This document shows positions 53,200-63,191 of a DNA stretch of 64,000 bases, in pieces. The number at the start of each line of letters is the position of its first letter. The stretch's first letter is position 1. This stretch comes from Epithemia pelagica (lineage: Eukaryota; Protista; Bacillariophyta). The stretch covers positions 3,162,001 to 3,226,000 of the forward strand of contig OX337230.1 of NCBI GenBank assembly GCA_946965045.2, in the 5' to 3' direction. Position numbers and translations under genes: made by a program. The notes under the pieces are model-generated. The model had not been told where the DNA came from. It saw nothing but the letters and a program-made list of their open reading frames with translations, and searched no databases.

Positions 53200-55290
53200 G
53201 GTTACTAGGTAGTCGTGGCGCAGAATGGCATGTGCGTGCGAGATGGTGGCTAGCGAGCTGCGCCGCGATTGGGCCGTTGCCAACATTTTCTCGACGGCTG
53301 ACCGAAAATCATTGCTCCTAGTAGACCGAAAGGACATGATCGGGTGAAAGGGGTTGCCGCGAGATTAATGCTGGAGGGTCATCGTCAGTCATTTCATTCC
53401 TTGCTCAAGAAGAAAAGGATATAGATGCTGGTTTGTTTGTTGCGTCCGTAACAATGACCAAAAAGGCTTCTTGTCTGCATCATTTCTTGGCGCCTGCTCC
53501 GTGACCACCTTGGCCCTGCCCCCAGCATTCGGTCTGTTTTCTATCATCCTTTTTTCTGGTGCTAGGTATCGTATGTTGGACACTCCTACAATTCCTCACG
53601 TGCCCACTTTGTCTAAGCTCCTCGAGCAGTCATGATTGATGGCTCGCACGGGATCGTAGTTGGCCGTTCCAAGAAAGCAACCCTCTTGTGGAGATGATAA
53701 GCTGGATTCAGCAATGCTGTAGAAGCTTTACATTTCGTCCGCCACACGCTTATTAACATTCTTCATAGTATAGCGATGGATGAAGTATGACGATACATGT
53801 GCCACATGACTGCAGCAGTCTATTCATGCACAACTTTAGAAGATACCATCATATTGTAGATACAACAAACGTTCTATACAACTTTTGAATACCAAGCAAT
53901 TGAACATGGTATGCGTACAATAAGGATCTTGTCTACCAATCAGCTCGACAGATATGACTCTAACTAGTCCATGTTCATTTCTTGACCAGGACATATTTTC
54001 CGAGTACGGAAATGACCTCGACGGAAATGAAGACAGAGTTTATCCGTGTCCTTGATTCGAACTTCGACGAGTTAGTGCGAAAAAGGGTTGCGGCGTCCTC
54101 CATCAATTTGTTGACTGAAGTTGCACGACAGCAACGGGATGAACAATGGATCCAATCCTGGATTGGATCCATTGTTCATCCCGTTGCAGTCGTGCAACTT
54201 TGGTCATAAGATTGATGGAGGACACCGCAACCGTTTTTCGCATAATCTCGTCTAAGTTGGAACAAAGGGCATTCAGAAGCTCTGTTTTCATTTCCGCCGA
54301 GGTCAGATCCGTACTATTTGGAAGCATGTTGCTAAAATCACGTTAAATGGTGACATAGCAGGCTTGTAGATGGTTAGGATTGGCCTCAGGATCAAACCAA
54401 TCTCGAATGAGATTTATTGTGTCGTCTTTGCTGGGCATCATTTCTTTTCTATCTCGGAACTCTAAAGCGCCGTTCTTCTCGTGCAGCTCGTATTGCTCTT
54501 TTTTCCTCTTCCTTCGTCCAATCCAGGTGTTCGAATCGGACGGATGGTTTCGTATGTTAACGAACAACCTTGGTGAGTGAGATTTGGAGCATTCCTTCGA
54601 TGGATGAAAAACTTCCTGTTTCTCCGTGCTTTGAGGAAGGACAAGAAACGGCTTGGGGTCCCGTTTCCTCGAATCGGACGGATGGTGACCTCTAATTATG
54701 CCGCTTCCATCGGACCGTGTGTCTTCGATTGATGAAAGCTTTCCGCCTGTTTTGAGGCCGAACCAATTTGTTGACAAATGCAAGTACCTTTGAGAACAAG
54801 AATTCTGCTTCCTCCCGAACGCCATATGCACATCCTATCATTACAGATACGTATGGAAGAAGTGCAGATTTCCCCGTTCTAGGAAAGCCACGAACCAAAG
54901 CAACGCGCCATGCTCCCTTGTTGGCGAATTTGTGTTGGATCAAGTCAACAATCTCCATATTCCTTGCGATTGGCTACATCGTCGGCAACCAGTGGTGATC
55001 CAACGTGACTCAAATCTCTCCGTGCTCCATTTGCTTCAAAGCCTCTCAAAGTTGCATAGGCTGTTTGTCCCAAGACCAGACGAGGACGCTTGACAGGGCG
55101 GCTTCGCGGTGTCGTGTGTCCTTCAAGGCGCGTTTGCAAAGAGGAATCTGCTCCTTGTCATCTTTCTCTCATCTTTCTCCCCCAAAATGGACGAGCTTGC
55201 TGTCTTGTACTTTTACGTCTTAGGAGGTGTCTTATCAGGCGTAGGTTATTATTTTTTGGAGCACGGGGAGGAGGAATTGGGTGTTTACTG
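53200..55290 (-). pseudogene. Decayed gene, copy B (Walker A-like fragment at ~54870-54915, PHD-like remnant ~53723-53875)
   Basis: Homologous to 46530-47790. ORF fragments 54343-54831 and 54103-54327 match ORF 47081-47866. ORF 54692-54958 contains RVALVRGFPRTGKS. Confidence 0.55.
53995..54329. repeat. Fold-back inverted duplication (~165-bp arms, 1-nt centre at 54159)
   Basis: Inner 41-bp arms (54118-54158 and 54160-54200) are reverse complements with one mismatch. Outer arms are more diverged but alignable. The same peptide is encoded on both strands (ORFs 53982-54209 + and 54103-54327 -). Confidence 0.92.
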
Positions 55291-55332
55291 AAAGTGCAAT
55301 GGACACAAACATAAACACAAACTCAACCATTA

Positions 55333-56371
55333 GGTTTAAGTTTAAGTTTATCGTATGTCCTGAATACAAAATAGGTCAAATCCAATAAAAACACAACCTA
55401 TCTTTGGATACACGTGTACACGCATGCCTAATCTCCCCCAATGCTCATTCGTCTCCCTCCACCATACAAGAACTAAGACAATGGAGGAAGCTTCCATTCT
55501 GATGATGTTGCTTCTCCAGCAACAGAACAACAACGAAGTAGACGAATACAACCAACTGCGTAGGTCCGTAATCCGCAGAAATGCGTTACATGACCCCCTT
55601 AACTCTGCATTTATGCACCTCTATAGGTCAATGCAGGATGACGCGTTAATCACCCTTTGTGGTTTTGATCATGCAGCGTTCAATCGGCTTCTAACCCTGT
55701 TCAGACCAATGTTCAAAGCCTACACTCCTTACCCACAGTCACATAACAATCGGGGACACATGCGACGACTTACAAGGAGGAATCGTGGTAGGCGCAGGAA
55801 AATAACAGCGGTCATGTGTCTAGGACTTGTGCTGGCATGGACCCGTACTCGAGGATCCAGGAAAGTACTACAATTGATATTCGGCTTCACAGCCAACCCG
55901 TTATCAGTGTGGCTTAGATTCGGAAGGAGGATCCTGGTCAAGGTCCTTGCCAAGCATCCAGACGCCAAGGTAGAGCTTCCAACACCTGAAGAAATTGCTG
56001 TATTCAAACAGTCAATCCAAGCCAAGTACCCCTGTCTTGCCAACATTTGGGCAGCCATGGATGGTTTGAAGCTCTGTGTTGCCGCAAATCCGTTGACACA
56101 AAACATGTTTTACAATGGATGGACTCACGACCACTATGTGTCCAATCTCTTTGTCTACTCACCGGATGGCAAAATCCGTGCTTGTTTTATAAACGCTCCA
56201 GGTTCATGGCATGACTCTACACTTGCCTCTATTTCAAACATCTACAACAAGTTAGATGAACTACATGAGCGGGAGAGAGATAATGGTGGAGCCCGTGTGG
56301 TAGTTGATTCTGCCTTTGGAAGGGAAAACCGTCCCTCCTTGCTTAAGTCGCATCAGTCAAATTTTGACAAC
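55333..56371 (+). mobile_element. 3'-truncated PIF/Harbinger transposon (DDE_Tnp_4 transposase, ATG probably 55481); left boundary approximate
   Basis: WAAMDGLKL, FYNGWTHDHYVSNLFVYSPDG, PGSWHDS and VVDSAF motifs. The C-terminal region carrying the last catalytic acidic residue is missing. A candidate end TTA|GGTTTAAGTTTAAG is unconfirmed because the other end is lost. Confidence 0.85.
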
Positions 56372-56388
56372 TTGTCAAAATTTGACTG
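56354..56388. other. Perfect 17-bp-arm palindrome (1-nt centre at 56371) at the Harbinger/TET-JBP junction
   Basis: CAGTCAAATTTTGACAA-C-TTGTCAAAATTTGACTG. Confidence 0.95.
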
Positions 56389-58237
56389 TATGTTGTCTTT
56401 GTGTGTGTATTGACGTTCCATGCCGGATCACACGTCCATCCCATAGAACCGAAACCCCATGAAATAGTTGTATACAAAGACCATGGTATGTAGTACCATC
56501 ATACTCCACAAGAATATTCGGCAAAACAAAGAACCAATTTTGGGAGTCACCTGGGATTGTCTCTGTCCAGATTGCGAATGAAACAGAACCATCGTGAACA
56601 TCATAGTGTGTCGTGTTCATTAGGTTCAAACTCAGGGTAATGGCTGAGGTCATACCTCCGACTCTTCCTCCGAATTCACTAGGCATTTCTTCGCCAGCTG
56701 AATCTTCTAGATACCGGAATGTTGGAATCACCCCAGGATATTCGCGTTCACAGAACCTTTTTGCCGCTGTACTTATTTTCGGCAGTATCATCGATAATGT
56801 CTTGTCCTTTGTAAATAATTTCTCGGAAACGAAAGTAGAACCGTTTCCTCTTGCCGCAGTATTACCAACAGTTGTCATAGATCCTAAGTCTCCCTTATTA
56901 CATCTGGCATTGGCCGCCTTTCTCAGAGACCCAGTACGTGTAAATTCCCTTGCTCTGTGGTGTAATAGGTCCAACAACGTCTGGTCCTTCCGTAACAGGG
57001 ATGTCACTCGAATGTAACTAAGTGACTCTGGTCTCCCATCATTTCGGCGTGTCCGAACAATGAAAGTAATGTTTCCCCGAATACGATGGTCGTATACCAG
57101 TGGCCTTGGGTGTGTACCGGACGACATTTGCAACCATAGGTTTCGATGCAAAGCACCACTAACATATCTCCGACTCCCTTTCTTATCTGAGTCATTCCTG
57201 TTTATAATCAGCCTTGTTCGATATTGTTCCCGTGACATGTGATGTGTCATCGACTGTTTATTCCCTGGCTTTTCGATCTTTCCCTTGTCATCGAGGTACA
57301 CGTCAGGAGGTAAAAGTGGGCTCCCATCCTCCACATCGGACCATTGGTAACATTCCTTCACAGTTTTGTCATTATTAGTAAGATGTTCACCCCAATCTAG
57401 ACTCCAACAACGATGAATCTTTTTCAAGAATGCATTACTTGCAGGTTGGCCATCTTTGTGTCGCAGACGTAACCAAGACAACGGTAGTGGGACTGATGAC
57501 GATGTGATGTTGGACGACCTTGATAGTTCTTGAAATTGACGCACACATGTATAAAAAACCCCAGCCAAAGGGAAGAGGATAATGATATCTCTGAAGAGGT
57601 GATCATTTTCGTCAAGACATAAATTTTTGTTAGTCCGAATCATCATGACAGGATCTTCGAATATAGAGGACGACACATGTGTTGTCTTTTTCCTGATTTC
57701 TCTATATCTTGTCCTCGACAAGGTACATTCCAATATGAATGCATTGTGGATCGTTTTAGTTACAAGACCCACCGGGATTTGAGTAACAATCATAGGACAA
57801 CATTCTGGTATAATGTTCGAATGACTGACAACGTCATCTCTTGTCTCCACAACATCATCCATAGCCTTGTTGTATATTTCTGGGATACGTGCAAAGACAC
57901 TCGGGATATCTTTCATATCGACCTTCCGTTGTATCATCTCCTTTTCGAACGACAAACCAAAACAATCTTGATCGTCGTAACTTCCAAAGCAACGCTGCAG
58001 TAGATGCGATAGCATCCTTATTCGATCGATGTCCTTGTCCAAGACAAAGTAGCACATTCTTTCGTGTGCACTTTCGTTCCGATGCGACATGGCGACCACT
58101 GTTTCACTTATACGTTGCGTTTTCTTCTTTTCGTACTTGGCATAGGTCTCCTGTGTACATGTGAGTGTCGAAATCGTCTGATCCGATGCCATATCTTCGA
58201 AAGTGGGACGAATATGTTTCTTCTTTATGGATGTCAC
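56375..58237 (-). CDS. TET/JBP-like 2OG-Fe(II) dioxygenase, probably C-terminally truncated (likely ATG 58192, MASDQ...)
   Basis: ARCNKGDLGSMTTVG, then NTTHYDVHD (HxD), NWFFVLPN, LFHGVSVLWDGRVIRHGTS (distal His): the double-stranded beta-helix pattern of algal/stramenopile TET/JBP-like proteins. The stop codon is supplied by the junction palindrome. Confidence 0.75.
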   Translation of the reverse strand: MTSIKKKHIRPTFEDMASDQTISTLTCTQETYAKYEKKKTQRISETVVAMSHRNESAHERMCYFVLDKDIDRIRMLSHLLQRCFGSYDDQDCFGLSFEKEMIQRKVDMKDIPSVFARIPEIYNKAMDDVVETRDDVVSHSNIIPECCPMIVTQIPVGLVTKTIHNAFILECTLSRTRYREIRKKTTHVSSSIFEDPVMMIRTNKNLCLDENDHLFRDIIILFPLAGVFYTCVRQFQELSRSSNITSSSVPLPLSWLRLRHKDGQPASNAFLKKIHRCWSLDWGEHLTNNDKTVKECYQWSDVEDGSPLLPPDVYLDDKGKIEKPGNKQSMTHHMSREQYRTRLIINRNDSDKKGSRRYVSGALHRNLWLQMSSGTHPRPLVYDHRIRGNITFIVRTRRNDGRPESLSYIRVTSLLRKDQTLLDLLHHRAREFTRTGSLRKAANARCNKGDLGSMTTVGNTAARGNGSTFVSEKLFTKDKTLSMILPKISTAAKRFCEREYPGVIPTFRYLEDSAGEEMPSEFGGRVGGMTSAITLSLNLMNTTHYDVHDGSVSFAIWTETIPGDSQNWFFVLPNILVEYDGTTYHGLCIQLFHGVSVLWDGRVIRHGTSIHTQRQHTVKF

Positions 58238-58358
58238 CTCCGCTCTAGGATGTGTGCTTGTCGTTTCCGAACTTCTTGTAGTACAAAGACATAGTTAGTA
58301 CGCGGATAGAAATGCCAAATACCTGAAACTAGAATGTCTCTTCTTTTGATCGAGAGTA

Positions 58359-61300
58359 CTAATAATATAGATCAGACTTGCCTTTTCGCTTCTGTGTTAC
58401 TGGTCGTGACAGTAGAAGATTCAGTTTGGTCTCTCCTATTCTTCTCCTTTTGTTTTTTTTACTCATGAAACGGAGAGTTTCCAACGGTACACGACCCCAT
58501 GCTGTCTCTGGAAATACAGGGACCGGTCTGTAGAGACCACGATGTTCCTCTTTTGACACGCCAACTTCTTCAACTGAACCATCATGTGCATTGGTGTACG
58601 TAATTGAAGCAATATCTCCGTTGCACAAAGGGCAACTCTCGTTCATTTCAGGAGGTGTCGATTTCTGTTTCCCCATAGGAACTTGTTTTTCGGTGGTAAG
58701 GACATGACCAAGACACACCCGACAAAACTTGTGCCCGCATCTCTCGATCCGACAGTCGTTAGGACGCTGTCCATGGCATATGGCACAATATTGTTCGGAG
58801 TCTTCATCATATTCGTCTAGGACGATTGTCTTGTCTTTCTTCGCGATTAATTCCGTCTCATGTAGATCGTGTGGTATTAGCTCAGCATGACTATGACCGC
58901 ATATGGAACAAAATCGATTCTTCACCGAATTCCGGATGAAAGTACATGTTGGACAATGATAATGAGGACAGTTGGAGGTTTCTTGCCTTGTCCAACTCAC
59001 GATAGAAAAGGTCCGACTTCTATCCAGATCCTTTTTAAGCAATGAGGTCCCACAAGTGGAACAGAGTGCCTCTTTCTGATCTTCATCGTTCAATGTTCGT
59101 ACTAGATCCAAAAATCGCCGATCTTCGTGAAGTCGTTCGAGCGCCTTGTCCGCTTCTGTAATCTCTTGTATCACTTTAATGTCCTCGAATCGTTCATCGT
59201 CGGAATCCAGCATATCTTCCATTACCTCCCCTCGATCTTTCCCTTCCATTATAAACCGGCGACTGCGTTTGATCCTTGGACGTGTATCGTCATTAACGTC
59301 CTTGAAACATACACGCAGAGTCGAATCACGTTTCGCTTTATTGATAGCCGTACTCACGATATGATTGCAGGCCTTGTGACATTCTCGCCTACACGATGGC
59401 AATTCTTGAGCCCATTTCCCCATCATCTGATCACAGGACATATTAGGGGACGCCTTTGACAGGATCTCGTCGATCACACATATGATTGATACTTGGGGAA
59501 GCGTACACGCACTTGGTGCCACCGGATTCGGATACTTCTTATAAATGAATCTCCAGTCACATCCAACGAGCTCTTCCTTTATATCAACGCTCAAGAATGA
59601 TTGGATTTTCTTTTCGTCGTCCAATAGCCTTAGTTTCCGTAGACATCGAATCACTGTAGGCCTCCACGAGCGAATATCCCTTGTCGATAATGGATCGAAT
59701 ATCAACACTTCTCTTTGATGTGCTTGTAAGAGGATTAAGACAGGATCAAAAGCTTCATATTTGGTAGTGACGACGACCAACGTAGTATCGGAAGACGACG
59801 AACTCAAATCCATTGCAGTCGTTGTGTCCATTCTCAGACTATCTTCGTCGATTTGCTCAAAGCAAACGGACTTGTTGTGCCATTTATGAACCACCAGCAC
59901 AAGCATCGACCTGAATATGAGGGGAGGGATCCCCTTAAACTTAGTCGTCTCTTGAGTATTCGTCCGTAGCAAAAGGTTTTGTCTGTACTGGCGATGTGGG
60001 ACAAAAAGGACGTCCATTTTCCCATTGTCATGTTGTAGAGAACCATTCTTGTTGGTACAGCAAGCACAGGTAAAGACAAATCGCAAAACAACTTCATGGA
60101 TGCTTCCCTTACGTCTAACGGCACTTTCTTTACAGAGATCCCAAGCTTCATTGATCGCTGACATCGACTGTTTGAGGGACCAGTTAGCCATATGAATCAA
60201 ACGGTCGTTAGTGAAAGATGCAAGGTCGTCTGATGGACCAGGTTTATTCTTGAGAGGAGGTGGTTTCTTTGGTATTCCTTTAGGTTTGTCGCTACCGTGG
60301 TCAACATGTGATTTACTTTCCAACAGACCCACCTTTGATTGAGAGGAAGATTTTTTTGTCGTCGCTTGTTTTCCTTTTTGTGGTTTCTTTTTCAATGCAA
60401 GAGTATCAAAAATGGAACTCCGATCCTCCTCGGTCGCTGACAGAGACTGAGATGGTGATTTGCTCTCGTTATTTGAAACAGTGAAAATGGTAGAACTTGT
60501 TGCACCATCACATTTACTGTCTGACGCTCGTTTACGGCGTTTCCTGTCTTGAGATCGTTGTTCATGTCGCCCCTTCTGATACTCCTTCGTCTTTGTAGCG
60601 TATTCCCGTTCCGTCGTCTGGTAATATGAAATTAGAACCGCCAAATTGGAATAGTCGTTCGCGGGATACTTAGCAGCTCTTGGTATGTCAAAATAAGGAC
60701 GAAACCAGCAATCAGGAAGTGTAAGGGCTAATGCTTTTTCAACATCGACTCCTTCCATTTCATAGGAGTCAGATTCCAATACCCGATAGACAGCTGCCAT
60801 ATGTTGAACGCTCCAAACCATTTCTCGGACTGGTATTGTTCTGTCTTTCCGAAACTTCGATCTATCAGACGTCATGTAGTCCAATATTTTTGCAGCCACG
60901 ACATTAAGTCGTCTCTCCATCGAATACGAGTTGAGGACAATATCAGCGAGCATAGGATGGGCTCCAAGAAACACCTTGAGGGATCGAGTAAAGCTTGCGC
61001 TCGACTTTGATCTTGTCGTTGACGGGAATTCCTTGTCCCACAGACGAAGTGCGTCTCCATATAGAGTTTGTTCGAATAGGTCGATTCCTGGTGAAATAAA
61101 ACTACCAGCTCCGTCACTCTTGTTTCCCTCTTGTTGTTCTTCGATCGTCTCTACAAGTCTCAGTATCTTCGGGAAACAAACAGCAGCATGCGAGGCGATA
61201 TCACTGAAAATACTTGATCCACAGCGCAAGAGGGATACGAATATGGTTTCACCTCCATATGTAGTGGAGAAATCTGTCCAATTATCAGTGTTGGAATAAA

Positions 61301-61382
61301 CAGAACGATACCACTCGATTGTATATTCATAACATATCAAGTCTGGGAAATATCGATTGGAATCTTCTACCGAATCAGCCAT
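58359..61382 (-). CDS. 1007-aa protein with two C-terminal RING-like zinc fingers and a possible degenerate Ulp1/C48-like domain
   Basis: CAICHGQRPNDCRIERCGHKFCRVC...CPLC is a C3HC4 RING. CSTC...CPHYHCPTC...CSIC is a second RING-like finger. LILLQAHQREVLIFDPL...W...C resembles the Ulp1 core without clear catalytic His/Cys (low confidence). Confidence 0.75.
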   Translation of the reverse strand: MADSVEDSNRYFPDLICYEYTIEWYRSVYSNTDNWTDFSTTYGGETIFVSLLRCGSSIFSDIASHAAVCFPKILRLVETIEEQQEGNKSDGAGSFISPGIDLFEQTLYGDALRLWDKEFPSTTRSKSSASFTRSLKVFLGAHPMLADIVLNSYSMERRLNVVAAKILDYMTSDRSKFRKDRTIPVREMVWSVQHMAAVYRVLESDSYEMEGVDVEKALALTLPDCWFRPYFDIPRAAKYPANDYSNLAVLISYYQTTEREYATKTKEYQKGRHEQRSQDRKRRKRASDSKCDGATSSTIFTVSNNESKSPSQSLSATEEDRSSIFDTLALKKKPQKGKQATTKKSSSQSKVGLLESKSHVDHGSDKPKGIPKKPPPLKNKPGPSDDLASFTNDRLIHMANWSLKQSMSAINEAWDLCKESAVRRKGSIHEVVLRFVFTCACCTNKNGSLQHDNGKMDVLFVPHRQYRQNLLLRTNTQETTKFKGIPPLIFRSMLVLVVHKWHNKSVCFEQIDEDSLRMDTTTAMDLSSSSSDTTLVVVTTKYEAFDPVLILLQAHQREVLIFDPLSTRDIRSWRPTVIRCLRKLRLLDDEKKIQSFLSVDIKEELVGCDWRFIYKKYPNPVAPSACTLPQVSIICVIDEILSKASPNMSCDQMMGKWAQELPSCRRECHKACNHIVSTAINKAKRDSTLRVCFKDVNDDTRPRIKRSRRFIMEGKDRGEVMEDMLDSDDERFEDIKVIQEITEADKALERLHEDRRFLDLVRTLNDEDQKEALCSTCGTSLLKKDLDRSRTFSIVSWTRQETSNCPHYHCPTCTFIRNSVKNRFCSICGHSHAELIPHDLHETELIAKKDKTIVLDEYDEDSEQYCAICHGQRPNDCRIERCGHKFCRVCLGHVLTTEKQVPMGKQKSTPPEMNESCPLCNGDIASITYTNAHDGSVEEVGVSKEEHRGLYRPVPVFPETAWGRVPLETLRFMSKKNKRRRIGETKLNLLLSRPVTQKRKGKSDLYY

Positions 61383-61494
61383 ATTAACGTGCGATTCAAT
61401 CAGCTTGGGGAAGAAACAAGGAGAAATTTTCTTTCGATGCAGGGTTCCGATGCAACTTGATACTACCGTTTCTCAAGCTTGCGTGATGGAAACC

Positions 61495-63190
61495 CTGGAG
61501 GGTCTTGGTCGATAGGGATGGAGGAGTGAGGGATATGGGTGTACCAACTTGAAATCCAATAGGGTCTTGGTCGATAGAGATAGAAGAGGGAAGTATGGGG
61601 GCGCACCAACTTGGTGTCTCGGCCCTTCAACAGAACCACCAATCAAGATATAGCAATCCAATGGGGTCTCCTTGGTCGATGTAGATGAAGGAGGGATGGA
61701 GATGGGTGCACCAACTTGGTGTCTCGGCCCTTGTTCCAATCGGGAAGGAGTAGCAACACAGCAATCCAACAAGGTCTTGGTCGGTGGAGATGGAGGAGTG
61801 AAAATTATGTGCACCAACTTGGTGTCTTGATCCTTGTTCCAATCGAGAAGGAGTGGCAACACAGCAATCCAACAGGGTCTTGGTCGATGGAAATGGAGGG
61901 GTGAAGGAAATGGGTGCACCAACTTGGTGTCTCGGCCCTTGTTCCAATCGGAAAGGAGTAGCAACACGGCAATCCAACACGGTCTTGGTCGATGGAGATG
62001 GAGGGGTGAAGGAAATGGGTGCACCAACTTGGTGTCTCGGCCCTTGTTCCAATTGAGAAGGAGTAGCAACACGGCAATCCAACAGGGTCTTGGTTGATGG
62101 AAATGGAGGGGTGAAGGAAATGGGTGCACCAACTTGGTGTCTCAGCCCTTGTTCCAATCGGGAAGGAGTAGCAACACAGCAATCCAACAGGGTCTTGGTC
62201 GATGGAAATGGAGGGGTGAAGGAAATGGGTGCACCAACTTGGTGTCTCAGCCCTTGTTCCAATCGGGAAGGAGTAGCAACACAGCAATCCAACAGGGTCT
62301 TGGTCGATGGAAATGGAGGGGTGAAGGAAATGGGTGCACCAACTTGGTGTCTAGGCCCTTGTTCCAATCAAGAAGGAGTAGCAACACAGCAATCCAACGG
62401 GGTCTTGGTCGATGGAAATGGAGGGGTGAAGGAAATGGGTGCACCAACTTGGTGTCTCAGCCCTTGTTCCAATCGGGAAGGAGTAGCAACACAGCAATCC
62501 AACAGGGTCTTGGTTGATGGAAATGGAGGGGTGAAGGAAATGGGTGCACCAACTTGGTGTCTCGGCCCTTGTTCCAATCGGGAAGGAGTAGCAACACAGC
62601 AATCCAACAGGGTCTTGGTCAATGGAGATGGAGGGGTGAAGGAAGAGGGTGCACCAACTTGGTGTCTCAGCCCTTGTTCCAATCGGGAAGGAGTAGCAAC
62701 ACAGCAATCCAACAGGGTCTTGGTTGATGGAAATGGAGGGGTGAAGGAAATGGGTGCACCAACTTGGTGTCTCGGCCCTTGTTCCAATCGGGAGGGAGTA
62801 GCAACACAGCAATCCAACAGGGTCTTGGTCGATGGAAATGGAGGGGTGAAGGAAATGGGTGCACCAACTTGGTGTCTCAGCCCTTGTTCCAATCGGGAAG
62901 GAGTAGCAACACAGCAATCCAACAGGGTCTTGGTCGATGGAAATGGAGGGGTGAAGGAAATGGGTGCACCAACTTGGTGTCTCAGCCCTTGTTCCAATCG
63001 GGAAGGAGTAGCAACACAGCAATCCAACAGGGTCTTGGTCGATGGAAATGGAGGGGTGAAGGAAATGGGTGCACCAACTTGGTGTCTCGGCCCTTGTTCC
63101 AATTGAGAAGGGGTAGCAACACAGCAATCCAACAGGGTCTTGGTCGATGGAGATGGAGGGGTGAAGGAAGAGGGTGCACCAACTTGGTGT
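61495..63190. repeat. Tandem satellite, 105-bp unit, ~16 copies
   Basis: The AACTTGGTGT anchor recurs at 61608, 61713, 61816, then exactly every 105 bp from 61816 to 63181. Left-edge units are more diverged. Confidence 0.97.
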
Positions 63191-63191
63191 C

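Noticed and set aside
55424-61382. Fanzor/TnpB-type RNA-guided nuclease next to the transposase
   Set aside because: No RuvC motif pattern seen in either large ORF; the cysteine clusters fit RING fingers.
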